A DNA stretch of 63,687 bases, taken from IMG/VR virus record IMGVR_UViG_3300045988_102303; one strand, written 5' to 3'. The DNA comes from a virus. The notes below the pieces were generated by a model that made no database searches, was not told the origin of the DNA, and saw nothing but the letters and a program-made list of their open reading frames with translations. The stretch's first letter is position 1; every line of letters begins with the position of its first letter. Below are positions 23,415 through 31,927 of this stretch, one piece after another. Both the position numbers and the translations under genes were made by a program.

Positions 23415-23447
23415 GTATTATATACAAATTTTATAAATTTTGTTAAC
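23415..23447 (-). promoter_or_regulatory. Family-1 promoter for primase (N16 spacer)
   Basis: Minus strand GTTAACAAAATTTATAAAATTTGTATATAATAC. Confidence 0.6.
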
Positions 23448-23583
23448 AGAAAAAGACTCTAACATTTTAAGTTAGAGTCTTTTCACGGTTATTATTCATA
23501 AATATATTATAAGGAGAAAAGTGTGTAATGGGAATTACTTTCCTTACTTATATTATATATAATTTTATAAAATTTATGTTAAC
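23447..23583 (-). ncRNA. Short promoter-to-terminator unit (candidate sRNA, ~95 nt)
   Basis: Family-1 promoter 23552-23583, then ...CACTTTTCTCCTTATAAT... and terminator AAGACTCTAAC-N7-GTTAGAGTCTT + TTTTCTG (23447-23483); no minus-strand ORF. Confidence 0.45.
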
Positions 23584-23589
23584 TAATTT

Positions 23590-24888
23590 TTAGAAAACAT
23601 CTATAGGATTTGCCATACCCTTCGGAATATTGTTTTTATCATTCTTAAATGATAACTCGGTATCCTTCTGAGGCCCTTCTTCAGAAACAAATCTAAAAGT
23701 ACCTAAATCTATATCCCAACTATATATAAATTTTTTATTATTTTCTCCGTAACGATTCTTTGTCACTAATAATGACAGTCCTAATTTTGTTTGAACTAAG
23801 GAAATTACCCTGCTGCTATTTTGTCCTATTGCGTCAGCCTCACCAATATCTGCTAACTCTGGATTTTCAGGTTCTTCTGTATTAGTTTTATTACGGTTTG
23901 CTTGTGCATCTGCTAATACAGGAATTCCTAGTTCTTCTGAAATTCTAAATAGGTCCATTGTAATATTACTAAGTTGTAATCTCCTATTCTCGCCCCTTCT
24001 ATCATCATCCATCAGAGATAATTGGTCTATACCTACTATATCGGGTTTATATTTTTTACATAAGGCTTTTAACATACTTACTGTCATATATTTTCCGCCC
24101 AAATCTTTTGGTGTCACTACAATAAAAGGTTCTAATTCTTCGGCTCTTTTCTTTAGTGCATTTTCATAATTTTCAAATTCTAAATCTGAAATAGTACCTC
24201 TAGTTAGTTGTCGATTTGAGTAATTCATAGCTAATGTATCGTGTCTATACCCTACTTGCATTGCACTCATCTCACCAGAATATAATAACACTCTTTTTTG
24301 TTGAGTATGCGCTGCTGTTAAAAACTTTTGTAATAGCCAAGATTTACCTTGATTCACACGACCAACTATTGTTACAAGTTCCTCGCCTGGTAGCCACCCA
24401 CCAAGTATATCGTCTAATTCTTTTAATCCAGTTGATATACCTAAAATACCGTCTATACGCTTCTTAGAGGCGATATCGTCCAATTTTTTATTAACTATAT
24501 TATTTATATCTGTCCCCTGTGTTATGGAGTTACTAACAAGCAATTTTTCGCCCTTTGCTAGAATATTTCTAAGTCCTTCAAACGCATTTTGTTTTAGTAG
24601 CTCAACAGATTCATTGAATAGTTTTGCCGATTGTCTAAATACATAGTCCTCCCTTAAATTCTCTAATAAGTATTTGGGAGGTTCTAATACCTCAATTAAA
24701 TCAAAGTCAGTAAACGCTGCTAAAAAAGTAGCTTGGTCAGGAACTTTATCATATTTCTTATAATGGTCTAAAATATAATTCCATTCTTTTATATAATTTG
24801 GAAAAAAGTCCTCATTAATACCTTCCTCTAAATATGTTTCTATGTTATTTTCGGCTAATATATTATTAATACATTGTAATTCAATCAT
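23590..24888 (-). CDS. dnaB: DnaB-type replicative helicase
   Basis: Walker A GRVNQGKSW, DQLSLM, RNKT... RecA-like C-terminal domain; ends ...NPIDVF. Confidence 0.85.
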   Translation of the reverse strand: MIELQCINNILAENNIETYLEEGINEDFFPNYIKEWNYILDHYKKYDKVPDQATFLAAFTDFDLIEVLEPPKYLLENLREDYVFRQSAKLFNESVELLKQNAFEGLRNILAKGEKLLVSNSITQGTDINNIVNKKLDDIASKKRIDGILGISTGLKELDDILGGWLPGEELVTIVGRVNQGKSWLLQKFLTAAHTQQKRVLLYSGEMSAMQVGYRHDTLAMNYSNRQLTRGTISDLEFENYENALKKRAEELEPFIVVTPKDLGGKYMTVSMLKALCKKYKPDIVGIDQLSLMDDDRRGENRRLQLSNITMDLFRISEELGIPVLADAQANRNKTNTEEPENPELADIGEADAIGQNSSRVISLVQTKLGLSLLVTKNRYGENNKKFIYSWDIDLGTFRFVSEEGPQKDTELSFKNDKNNIPKGMANPIDVF

Positions 24889-25598
24889 ATTCTAACCCCC
24901 TTTGGTGTACGTTGAGGCGGATTATTGAATTCAACTATTGTTGAAGTTTCTAATATCCTACTTGCGAGTCTACCACCTACATTACCAACAAACTCATCAT
25001 CTATGACATTTGATGTAAATATATTACACTTATTAGAACTTATTCTACTATTTATAAGTGGAAATAATATTGAATGGTCATAATCACTCAACTTAGTGCA
25101 ACCTATATCGTCCCATATTACAATATCTACTTGTGATATTAATTCTTCTATTTGAAGTAATCTAACATTCTTTTGAGATATAGATGATTTTTTCTGCATT
25201 AAGAAATCATCTACATTTATAAATAAGCCTCTACATTTTGTACCATTGCCATTCCAAATTCTACTAAAATACGCACTCATTAATTTTATACTCCACGTAG
25301 TTTTGCCATTACCATAATATTTACTATAAAGAAATAAATTATGGCCCTGTGATACAAAATCTATTATATTTTCTTTTATATTAGCAAGATATTTATATTT
25401 ATCAATATCCACCCCAGCACTTAACTTTTGATTTTCTGGATATTGTAGTTGTTCTGGAATATTTGCCAAATTTACTAGATAATAATATTGACAATATAAT
25501 GGACATCCACAGTTACAAATATCTTTTTTATAATTATTGCAGCTGCTTTTAAACCAGCAGCCATCTTGTTTAAACTTAAATTCTTTTACATCATACAT
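24885..25598 (-). CDS. DnaI/DnaC-like helicase loader (AAA+) with N-terminal Cys cluster
   Basis: N-terminal CWFKSSCNNYKKDICNCGCPLYC (Zn-type), Walker A YGNGKTTW, Walker B IVIWDDIG. Confidence 0.6.
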   Translation of the reverse strand: MYDVKEFKFKQDGCWFKSSCNNYKKDICNCGCPLYCQYYYLVNLANIPEQLQYPENQKLSAGVDIDKYKYLANIKENIIDFVSQGHNLFLYSKYYGNGKTTWSIKLMSAYFSRIWNGNGTKCRGLFINVDDFLMQKKSSISQKNVRLLQIEELISQVDIVIWDDIGCTKLSDYDHSILFPLINSRISSNKCNIFTSNVIDDEFVGNVGGRLASRILETSTIVEFNNPPQRTPKGVRI

Positions 25599-25617
25599 TG
25601 TAAAACCTCCCTTTATA

Positions 25618-25650
25618 ATTTATATATAAAAAATAGCATAATTTGTTAAT
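25618..25650 (-). promoter_or_regulatory. Family-1-like promoter (ATTAACA-N17-TATATAAAT)
   Basis: Minus strand ATTAACAAATTATGCTATTTTTTATATATAAATT upstream of SD AAAGGGAGG of the loader gene. Confidence 0.6.
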
Positions 25651-25762
25651 AAAAAAAATAACCCTAAAGTGTTTACCAGACACTAAAGGGTTGAAAATAA
25701 TTTAGAAAATACTATTAATGAATTGTATGTATTATATACAATTAATATATATTAATGTTAAC
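25651..25762 (-). ncRNA. Short promoter-to-terminator unit (candidate ~80-nt RNA)
   Basis: Family-1 promoter (TTAACA 25756-25761, TATATAAT 25731-25738), then terminator AACCCTTTAGTG-N8-CACTTTAGGGTT + T8 (25651-25692); no ORF. Confidence 0.4.
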
Positions 25763-25774
25763 TATAAATGTATA

Positions 25775-26422
25775 TTACTTTCTATAAAGTTCTTTATTAA
25801 TTAATGGTCTTACAGGTTTTAGAGGTTGTAAATCTTTTAATATTTTATCTAATCCCCTTGAAGTAAAATGTATATCTTTATGTCTTACTATAAAGATATA
25901 TCTATAATCATAATTTGTTATTGCTCCGTTATATTCTACTACCCAATCATTATCAAATAAATATTGTTTTATATCTTTACGTCTTAAACCAGTAGCACTG
26001 CATACATCATTTATAGTATCACCTTTTATTTTATAATTTAATAATTTGGTTATTTTATGTTGGAGTTGTTCTAATTGTTGTGTAGTTGCTCCCTCATCTA
26101 TATAACCTCCAGTTTTTCTTATTTCTGGTAATACTTCATCCATAACCCATTCTTCAAATTTTTGTGCTGATGGTAATTTACTACTAAATATAAGTCTATA
26201 AACATCTCCTTCAGGTATTAAATTAATTTCAGTTCCATTAACTTTTAACCCGTTACATTTTGTAACGCCTTTACATTTTCTACTTAATACAGTTCTCCAA
26301 CTACCTTCAGCATATCCCAATGATTTTAATACATCATTAGCAACTACATATGGTTTACCTTCAATTTCTATTCCTCTCATTTCTCCAAATTCTTCATTAG
26401 TGAATAGTTGTAATTGTTTCAT
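25775..26422 (-). CDS. Bro-N domain protein (antirepressor-like)
   Basis: FTNEEFGEMRGIEIEGKPYVVANDVLKSLGY ... KFEEWVMDEVLPEIRKTGGY. Confidence 0.75.
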   Translation of the reverse strand: MKQLQLFTNEEFGEMRGIEIEGKPYVVANDVLKSLGYAEGSWRTVLSRKCKGVTKCNGLKVNGTEINLIPEGDVYRLIFSSKLPSAQKFEEWVMDEVLPEIRKTGGYIDEGATTQQLEQLQHKITKLLNYKIKGDTINDVCSATGLRRKDIKQYLFDNDWVVEYNGAITNYDYRYIFIVRHKDIHFTSRGLDKILKDLQPLKPVRPLINKELYRK

Positions 26423-26451
26423 TTTTATTCCTCCCTTTATTATTAATTTAA

Positions 26452-26486
26452 ATATTATATATTAATGTTGGTAATTTTTGTTAACC
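26452..26486 (-). promoter_or_regulatory. Family-1 promoter for Bro-N gene
   Basis: Minus strand GGTTAACAAAAATTACCAACATTAATATATAATATT (TTAACA-N17-TATATAAT). Confidence 0.65.
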
Positions 26487-26494
26487 TCAATTTA

Positions 26495-26576
26495 CACAAA
26501 ATAAAATCCCACCTGATATTTATCAAGTGGGTTAATAAAGGGGAGATTAAATGTGGATTTAAATTATTTATTTGTT
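26495..26576 (-). ncRNA. Candidate sRNA D (promoter 26579-26615)
   Basis: Transcript ...TTTAATCTCCCCTTTATTAA-CCCACTTGATAAATATCAGGTGGG-ATTTTATTTTG: single-stranded C-rich anti-SD motif, then intrinsic terminator; no ORF. Confidence 0.5.
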
Positions 26577-26633
26577 ATGTATATTATATATAATAATTTA
26601 ACTAAAATGTTAACTATTATCAGTAATTTAAAT

Positions 26634-26731
26634 AAAAAAATACTGAGTTGAAGGGGAAGTTTCAAACTCAGTATCCAAACCAAATAAAATAAATTCAAAA
26701 GGGGGACTTACTTTATAGATATAAAGTATTT
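26634..26731 (-). ncRNA. Candidate sRNA C (promoter 26734-26770)
   Basis: GTAAGTCCCCCTTTTGAA..., then terminator ATACTGAGTT-TGAAACTTCCCCTTC-AACTCAGTAT + T7; second C-rich motif sits in the terminator loop. Confidence 0.5.
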
Positions 26732-26770
26732 ACATATATTATATACTATAATACTATAAAAATGTTAACT

Positions 26771-26873
26771 AAAAATTAAAAAGTACCTAATAATAATTAG
26801 GTACTTAATGGAAGGGAGATGTTACAATGAAATAGTTAAATTGTATTGGGTAACTAAATAATAACTTTAATTA
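26771..26873 (-). ncRNA. Candidate sRNA B (promoter 26876-26912)
   Basis: ...CATTGTAACATCTCCCTTCCATT, then terminator AAGTACCTAAT-TATT-ATTAGGTACTT + TTTAATTTTT. Confidence 0.5.
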
Positions 26874-26912
26874 CTATATATTATATACTGATATTATAAT
26901 TTAGTGTTAACC

Positions 26913-27019
26913 ATAAATTACTAAAATTATAAATATTAGTTGAGGTGCGTTAGCACAATAACTCTCCCCAACATTTATTTTTTTTTAATTTTTATTTAAC
27001 TTGTTTATCTTGTTTAACT
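26913..27019 (-). ncRNA. Candidate short transcript A (promoter 27022-27058), no strong terminator
   Basis: A9 run, then GTTGGGG-AGAGTTATT-GTGC-TAAC-GCAC-CCTCAAC nested stem-loop; runs into the next promoter. Confidence 0.35.
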
Positions 27020-27066
27020 TTATATATTATATATTTTTTTGAAGTGTTAATGTTAACCTCAAAATA

Positions 27067-27082
27067 GTTACAATATTGTAAC
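27067..27082. promoter_or_regulatory. Perfect 16-bp palindrome GTTACAATATTGTAAC (candidate operator)
   Basis: Located 10 bp upstream of the -35 of the first promoter of the array. Confidence 0.45.
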
Positions 27083-27099
27083 CTTTTAGTAATAATATA

Positions 27100-27128
27100 C
27101 TCAACCCGTTGATATTACAAGGGTTGAG
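27100..27128 (-). terminator. Stem-loop/terminator after 27142..27576
   Basis: Minus strand CTCAACCCTTG-N7-CAACGGGTTGAG (G.U-containing stem) followed by TATATTATTACT. Confidence 0.45.
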
Positions 27129-27141
27129 CAATTTTAGTAAA

Positions 27142-27576
27142 TTAAATTCTGCGATTAGCCGTATTTATTTGGTTTACATTATTATTTTGATATGAAGTTT
27201 GTTTACTCTTATAATTGGCAATATTAGCATCAAGATTATGCAATAACCAGTCAGTATTTAGTTTAGAAAAATCAAACATACCTTCGTAATTAAGTTGTTT
27301 ATATTTTAGAATCCAAACATCAAGTTTAGCAGCTAATGCTAGATTATTAAATTGATATTTATCTTTTATTTTATTTAGTGTCTTGTTACAATATACAACT
27401 TGAGTTCCTAACATCTTATCTTGATAAACTTTCTCACATTTATAAATAAACCATTTTCTAATTTCATTCATATTAGGTTCTTGAGCATGTTGTAATTTAT
27501 GCTCAACAATTTGGTATTCTCTCTCATTCGGTATAATTTGCTTACTATTTTTCTTGGATTGTAATTCCCTAAACAT
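27142..27576 (-). CDS. Hypothetical protein (144 aa)
   Basis: ORF contiguous with upstream gene (stop/start 1 nt apart); no motif recognised. Confidence 0.6.
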   Translation of the reverse strand: MFRELQSKKNSKQIIPNEREYQIVEHKLQHAQEPNMNEIRKWFIYKCEKVYQDKMLGTQVVYCNKTLNKIKDKYQFNNLALAAKLDVWILKYKQLNYEGMFDFSKLNTDWLLHNLDANIANYKSKQTSYQNNNVNQINTANRRI

Positions 27577-27577
27577 A

Positions 27578-28015
27578 TTAATCCTCCTTTTTAGGTTTAC
27601 TGAATGTTAATCTTGTTTGAACTGAAGTTTCCATAGCAGGAGCTATATCTTCAATATTTAGAAGCCCTTGATATATTAGTTGTTGTACTTTTTTCTCGTT
27701 AATAATTGGCTTATATTCAATACAGTGTATAAGGCTGTCAGCGACTTCTGTGTCCTTTTGAGCATTAATTATAGTTAATAATATATCTATTAGTTTTTCT
27801 TCGTTCATAGCGGTTTTTTCAACTTCTGTACATTTTACACAACATACACCTGGAACATTATATTCGTTTATATCCCTACTTTTAAACTCAGTTTTCACTT
27901 GGTCAGTTAATTTTTTAGTTTCTGCTTTTACCTCTTTTTCTTTGTCCTTCATTTCCTTACATTTTTGTAATAATTTTACAAATGCAAATTCGTTTTGTAT
28001 AGCACCTATTTTCAT
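27578..28015 (-). CDS. Hypothetical protein (145 aa)
   Basis: SD AAAAGGAGGAATACT-ATG; coiled-coil-like N-terminus; no motif recognised. Confidence 0.6.
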   Translation of the reverse strand: MKIGAIQNEFAFVKLLQKCKEMKDKEKEVKAETKKLTDQVKTEFKSRDINEYNVPGVCCVKCTEVEKTAMNEEKLIDILLTIINAQKDTEVADSLIHCIEYKPIINEKKVQQLIYQGLLNIEDIAPAMETSVQTRLTFSKPKKED

Positions 28016-28084
28016 AGTATTCCTCCTTTTAATTTATAAATTATCAAGTAACCTTATACAACCTCGCTACGAGGCGTACAGAGG

Positions 28085-28351
28085 TTATTTTTTACACTTT
28101 CCACTATATTTATCTGATATTACTTTCATTTCTCCTTTTACTTTATTTGTTTTAAAAGTTAAGATTTTCTCTATGTCATCTTCGCTCCAATATCTTGCAT
28201 GATTGCCTCCAACTCTAATAAATGGTGGTAATAATACTCTTCCAGTTGTTTCTTCGTACTCATACCATCTAATTAAGGTATTTCTAGTAACATGACATAA
28301 TTCAGCAGTTTCAAAAGCTGTATAATATTTTTTTCCATCAATTATTTTCAT
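28085..28351 (-). CDS. MerR/excisionase-type helix-turn-helix protein
   Basis: KYYTAFETAELCHVTRNTLIRWYEYEE is a typical MerR-like HTH start. Confidence 0.6.
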   Translation of the reverse strand: MKIIDGKKYYTAFETAELCHVTRNTLIRWYEYEETTGRVLLPPFIRVGGNHARYWSEDDIEKILTFKTNKVKGEMKVISDKYSGKCKK

Positions 28352-28355
28352 TTTA

Positions 28356-30029
28356 TCACACTCCTATTAAGAATTTTATATCTGAAGGTTTAACTGCAAT
28401 GCCATCAACAATACGGTCAGATAATTCACCTTTATCTTTTATTATTTGATGAATCTTTTCATCTATCGTATCTTTACAGATTAATGTTATGATGTTAACA
28501 GTACCTTTAGTACCTATTCTATGGCATCTATCCTCAGCCTGGTCTTTTATGGCCTTATTCCAGGGCTCGTCGACAAATATTACTGTATTTGCAGCAGTTA
28601 GTGTATACCCAGTACCTAATGCTGGAGTTGTACCTAATATGACCCTACACGATTTATCATTTTGAAATTTATTCATCTCTTCTATAGGCCCTTTTGTTTC
28701 TCCAGTAACAATTGCTGGATTATAACCTAAGCTGCCCAATTTAATATACAGGGGATTTATAACTTGAGTCCAATTGCTGAATATTATTACCTTATCTGTT
28801 GTAGATTCTAAAATATCAAATACTCTATCATACTTCACATTAGTAATATTCTTACTAGATAAAATGTTCGGATTAGAAGTAACTTGTCTTAATCGAATTA
28901 ATTCAGTTAGTGGATTAGGTAATAACATAATTCTATCAATATCTTCAATAATCTGATTTGTAACATCTCTATATAACTTATCTTGTGAATTATCCATATC
29001 CAGTAGTTCATCAGTATAAATTTTCGGTGGTAAGTTAAGTACATCTTCTTTACGTCGTCTTAACATATTTTTACTGAGCATACTTTCTAATTGTTCTAAG
29101 TTTTTATATCCTATAATTTCATAGCCACCAAATCCACCCATTTCGCAATATAAATTTTTGAAATATGACAATGAGTGATTTTCTACCTCCAACCATTTTA
29201 GTACATTATATAAGTCAATTGGGTTGTTCATAAGTGGAGTACCTGTTAGTGCTAGTCGATAATAAGAGCAACAACAATGTATCGCTTTACCTTGTTTCGA
29301 TTGACTATTTTTGCATTTATGAATTTCATCTATTATAGTCATTCCTATTATGCCCTCACTACACATTTTCTTTATCTGAGCCTGTATACCCTTGTCTCGC
29401 AATGTTTCGATATTAGTTATTATAAAATATTCATCATGTACTTGTTTAAGGTCTGTGAGGCGCTCAGAACTGTTACCAATAACAGTCTTTCCTTTCCTAT
29501 TGACTCTACTGCCTAATATATGTGCTTTTTCATTAGTATGTATTTCTACTTCTTTATACCAGTTCCACTTCAAGTTATTAACACCACACACTATAAGACA
29601 ATGTCGCATTTTCGATTTTCTACTTACTGCTATATCAAGTGCCTGCTTCGTTTTTCCAAGACCTTGCTCATCACCTAATAAAAATTTGTTATGAGTTAAC
29701 GCATATTTAAAAGAATCCATTTGATGGTCAAATGGTTTTGTTTTACTGTTATATGACGCATCTTGTGTATCGTACACATTGAGTAATTTTAAATACTTTT
29801 CAAACTTCTTAGGTATTTCACCGCAAATTTGAACATCCTCAAATTTTAGTTTATCCAGAATTATTGGGAAATAATCTATTTTGCATTCCCATAATTTACT
29901 ATTTCTATGATAATATCTAGTTTGAAAAGAATGTATTGTATCCAATATAGTTGGATTATAGTCCCCTTTGATGTAGAGGGACTGTTTATACTTTAATTTT
30001 TGTGAAAAATCAAATTTTAGTTTTATCAT
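28356..30029 (-). CDS. SNF2-family helicase/ATPase
   Basis: LGDEQGLGKTKQAL (motif I), IIDEIHKCKN (DExH), LTGTPLMNN, C-terminal helicase motifs incl. QAEDRCHRIGT. Confidence 0.85.
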   Translation of the reverse strand: MIKLKFDFSQKLKYKQSLYIKGDYNPTILDTIHSFQTRYYHRNSKLWECKIDYFPIILDKLKFEDVQICGEIPKKFEKYLKLLNVYDTQDASYNSKTKPFDHQMDSFKYALTHNKFLLGDEQGLGKTKQALDIAVSRKSKMRHCLIVCGVNNLKWNWYKEVEIHTNEKAHILGSRVNRKGKTVIGNSSERLTDLKQVHDEYFIITNIETLRDKGIQAQIKKMCSEGIIGMTIIDEIHKCKNSQSKQGKAIHCCCSYYRLALTGTPLMNNPIDLYNVLKWLEVENHSLSYFKNLYCEMGGFGGYEIIGYKNLEQLESMLSKNMLRRRKEDVLNLPPKIYTDELLDMDNSQDKLYRDVTNQIIEDIDRIMLLPNPLTELIRLRQVTSNPNILSSKNITNVKYDRVFDILESTTDKVIIFSNWTQVINPLYIKLGSLGYNPAIVTGETKGPIEEMNKFQNDKSCRVILGTTPALGTGYTLTAANTVIFVDEPWNKAIKDQAEDRCHRIGTKGTVNIITLICKDTIDEKIHQIIKDKGELSDRIVDGIAVKPSDIKFLIGV

Positions 30030-30065
30030 TTTTTCGCCTCCTTGTATATTTTTATATCCTCATTT

Positions 30066-30311
30066 TTATCTACAAGTACCTTTTATTTTTATTTCTTCTA
30101 ATGTTAAAAATCCAAATTTGCTAATATGTTCAGCAAATTCATTCCAATCTTTATAGCCTTCATTTTTTAATTTGAAGGTATAATTTTCACTTGGAGCATA
30201 TGCTTCAAATTCATCAATCCAAGTATAACTATAAAAATCTACAGTATTATTGTCTTCTCTCAAGTTATAATATTCTCTTTTCAATCGACTATCATATATC
30301 ATTGATTGCAT
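30066..30311 (-). CDS. Hypothetical early protein (81 aa)
   Basis: SD AAAAAGGGGATAGAAAA-ATG preceded by conserved leader hairpin b. Confidence 0.6.
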   Translation of the reverse strand: MQSMIYDSRLKREYYNLREDNNTVDFYSYTWIDEFEAYAPSENYTFKLKNEGYKDWNEFAEHISKFGFLTLEEIKIKGTCR

Positions 30312-30338
30312 TTTTCTATCCCCTTTTTATTTTATATT

Positions 30339-30359
30339 GAGGTTTTTGTTGAGAACCTC
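30339..30359 (-). promoter_or_regulatory. Conserved 5' leader stem-loop, copy b
   Basis: Minus strand GAGGTTCTCAACAAAAACCTC then AATATAAAATAAAAAGGGGA. Confidence 0.5.
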
Positions 30360-30370
30360 CTAACTCATCT

Positions 30371-30634
30371 TTATAATAGAACTGTTACTTTATCAGTTAC
30401 TTTATTAGTATCGTTTACTTCTATAAGTCCCATTGTTTGTAATTCATCTAATGCTTTTTCTACTAATACTAAAAAGAAATCGTCATATGTTGTATTTTCT
30501 CTGTATGCTAATTCGTCTGCTATTGTTTCTGCATATAATGTAGGTTGTTCACCTGTTTGGTCTATTACTTCTTGTACGCTTTCTCTTATTATTTCCCATA
30601 CTGCGTTTGTTTTGTTTTCTTTAAATTTCATCAT
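30371..30634 (-). CDS. Acidic hypothetical early protein (87 aa)
   Basis: First ORF after family-2 promoter C; SD AAGGAGAT 9-12 nt before the ATG ATG. Confidence 0.6.
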   Translation of the reverse strand: MMKFKENKTNAVWEIIRESVQEVIDQTGEQPTLYAETIADELAYRENTTYDDFFLVLVEKALDELQTMGLIEVNDTNKVTDKVTVLL

Positions 30635-30671
30635 TTTTCATATCTCCTTTTCTTATTTAATTTATACTTAT

Positions 30672-30712
30672 ATTATATAGAAAAGTATGTAATAAGTCAA
30701 GTGTTTTGATTA
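30672..30712 (-). promoter_or_regulatory. Family-2 promoter, copy C (start of early transcription after the late-operon terminator)
   Basis: Minus strand AAATTTAATCAAAACACTTGACTTATTACATACTTTTCTATATAAT; -35 = 30695-30700, -10 = 30672-30677, spacer 17. Confidence 0.75.
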
Positions 30713-30730
30713 AATTTATTTATTTTTTTT

Positions 30731-30764
30731 CAATAAAAAAATAGCCTTAATAATAAGGCTATTT
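30731..30764 (-). terminator. Rho-independent terminator after endolysin (end of late operon)
   Basis: Minus strand AAATAGCCTTA-TTAT-TAAGGCTATTT followed by TTTTTATTG. Confidence 0.8.
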
Positions 30765-30770
30765 ACGGTA

Positions 30771-31565
30771 CTACAATTTTTTAACATACTTAGATGATAC
30801 ATTAATCCAACCAGCTCCAGATTTCAGTTTACCCCATCCGTCATTTTCTTCAATTATTGTATAGGCATCATCTTTTTTAAGTTCTCCGACTTTGTCATTA
30901 TTTACACCAGGGCCTGTTCTAACATTCAATTCATCTACGATTATTTTTACTAGATATGGTTTGAATTCATTTGTAACAGGTTTATCGTTTGGTACAGTTG
31001 TACTAGACTTAGTAGACTTAATTAAATTCTTATACCAAGTCCAGTCATAACCAAAACGCTTATGTCTTAGTAAATATGGGCAATCTTTCTTTGTCCAAAA
31101 ATAATGCTGTACTATATGAGCTAAATCTATTACTGGATATTCTTTCATGAGTTCAACACATAAAGATGCACTATTTTCCCATACTTTTCTTTGTTTAGAT
31201 TTATCTTTGCTATATTGGCAATGTTCTATGCCTATAGAATGTCTGTTACCTTTTCCATTTTTACCATCTCCAGCGTGCCATGCAACTCTATTAAATGCTA
31301 CAGATTGATATATTTTGTCATAGTCGACTGTAATATGCCAGGAAGCAGTACGCCAACCATCTAAATTTGCGCTTCTTAAAGCATTATACCAATTTGCACC
31401 TGGTACATCATCATCACCTACATTGTGTATTGTTATACTTGTGGGATTCATAGTATAACCTGGAACAGCGTGACCTGGTTTTTCTATTCTATTAGATACA
31501 ACTGTGGCGTGTCCTATTTTACAACCATTCACTAATTTATGATTTTGAATTAAATTACTTCCCAT
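30771..31565 (-). CDS. Endolysin: N-acetylmuramoyl-L-alanine amidase (Amidase_2/PGRP) + C-terminal SH3b
   Basis: ITIHNVGDD, WHITVDYD, AWHAGDG, SIGIEHCQ; C-terminal LNVRTGPG...DGWGKLKSGAGWI. Confidence 0.85.
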   Translation of the reverse strand: MGSNLIQNHKLVNGCKIGHATVVSNRIEKPGHAVPGYTMNPTSITIHNVGDDDVPGANWYNALRSANLDGWRTASWHITVDYDKIYQSVAFNRVAWHAGDGKNGKGNRHSIGIEHCQYSKDKSKQRKVWENSASLCVELMKEYPVIDLAHIVQHYFWTKKDCPYLLRHKRFGYDWTWYKNLIKSTKSSTTVPNDKPVTNEFKPYLVKIIVDELNVRTGPGVNNDKVGELKKDDAYTIIEENDGWGKLKSGAGWINVSSKYVKKL

Positions 31566-31576
31566 TTTATCAACTC

Positions 31577-31927
31577 CTATTTTTTAAATCCTATTGTTTT
31601 ATCTCCTTTTAAAGTTTTATTTAGTTCTTGCACAGCTGCTTCAATCATTATATCAAGTTCATTTTGTGTGATAGTTATACCATTTTCATACAATAATTGA
31701 ACTATATGATTTTCACATTGGGCTTTTTTATCATCTCCATGAATATCTGTATAAATTTGTTCTACTGCTTTTACACAATCTTTCACTATAATTTTTTTCA
31801 TTTCTGTGTTTATGTATTTTTGATATAATCTTTTTCCAGCTATACCTAGATAGGCTACTAGAATTGCTAAAAATGTTTGAATAATATTTCCTGCTACTTG
31901 ATTAATTAATTCTTGTATCATGCTCAT
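31577..31927 (-). CDS. Holin, LL-H family-like (start ambiguous 31927/31939)
   Basis: N-terminal TM IIQTFLAILVAYLGIAG, then ...CVKAVEQIY...MIEAAVQEL, typical of LL-H holins as I recall them; the track start is a TTG abutting the SD. Confidence 0.7.
   Translation of the reverse strand: MSMIQELINQVAGNIIQTFLAILVAYLGIAGKRLYQKYINTEMKKIIVKDCVKAVEQIYTDIHGDDKKAQCENHIVQLLYENGITITQNELDIMIEAAVQELNKTLKGDKTIGFKK

Noticed and set aside
26537-26562. Plus-strand SD-like AAAGGGGAG + ATG TGG ATT TAA (and similar 2-3-codon plus-strand ORFs at ~26811-26836) in the mini-unit array
   Set aside because: The ORFs are only 2-3 codons, are not conserved between units, and have no plus-strand promoter. The G-rich tracts are better explained as the complement of C-rich motifs on the transcribed minus strand.
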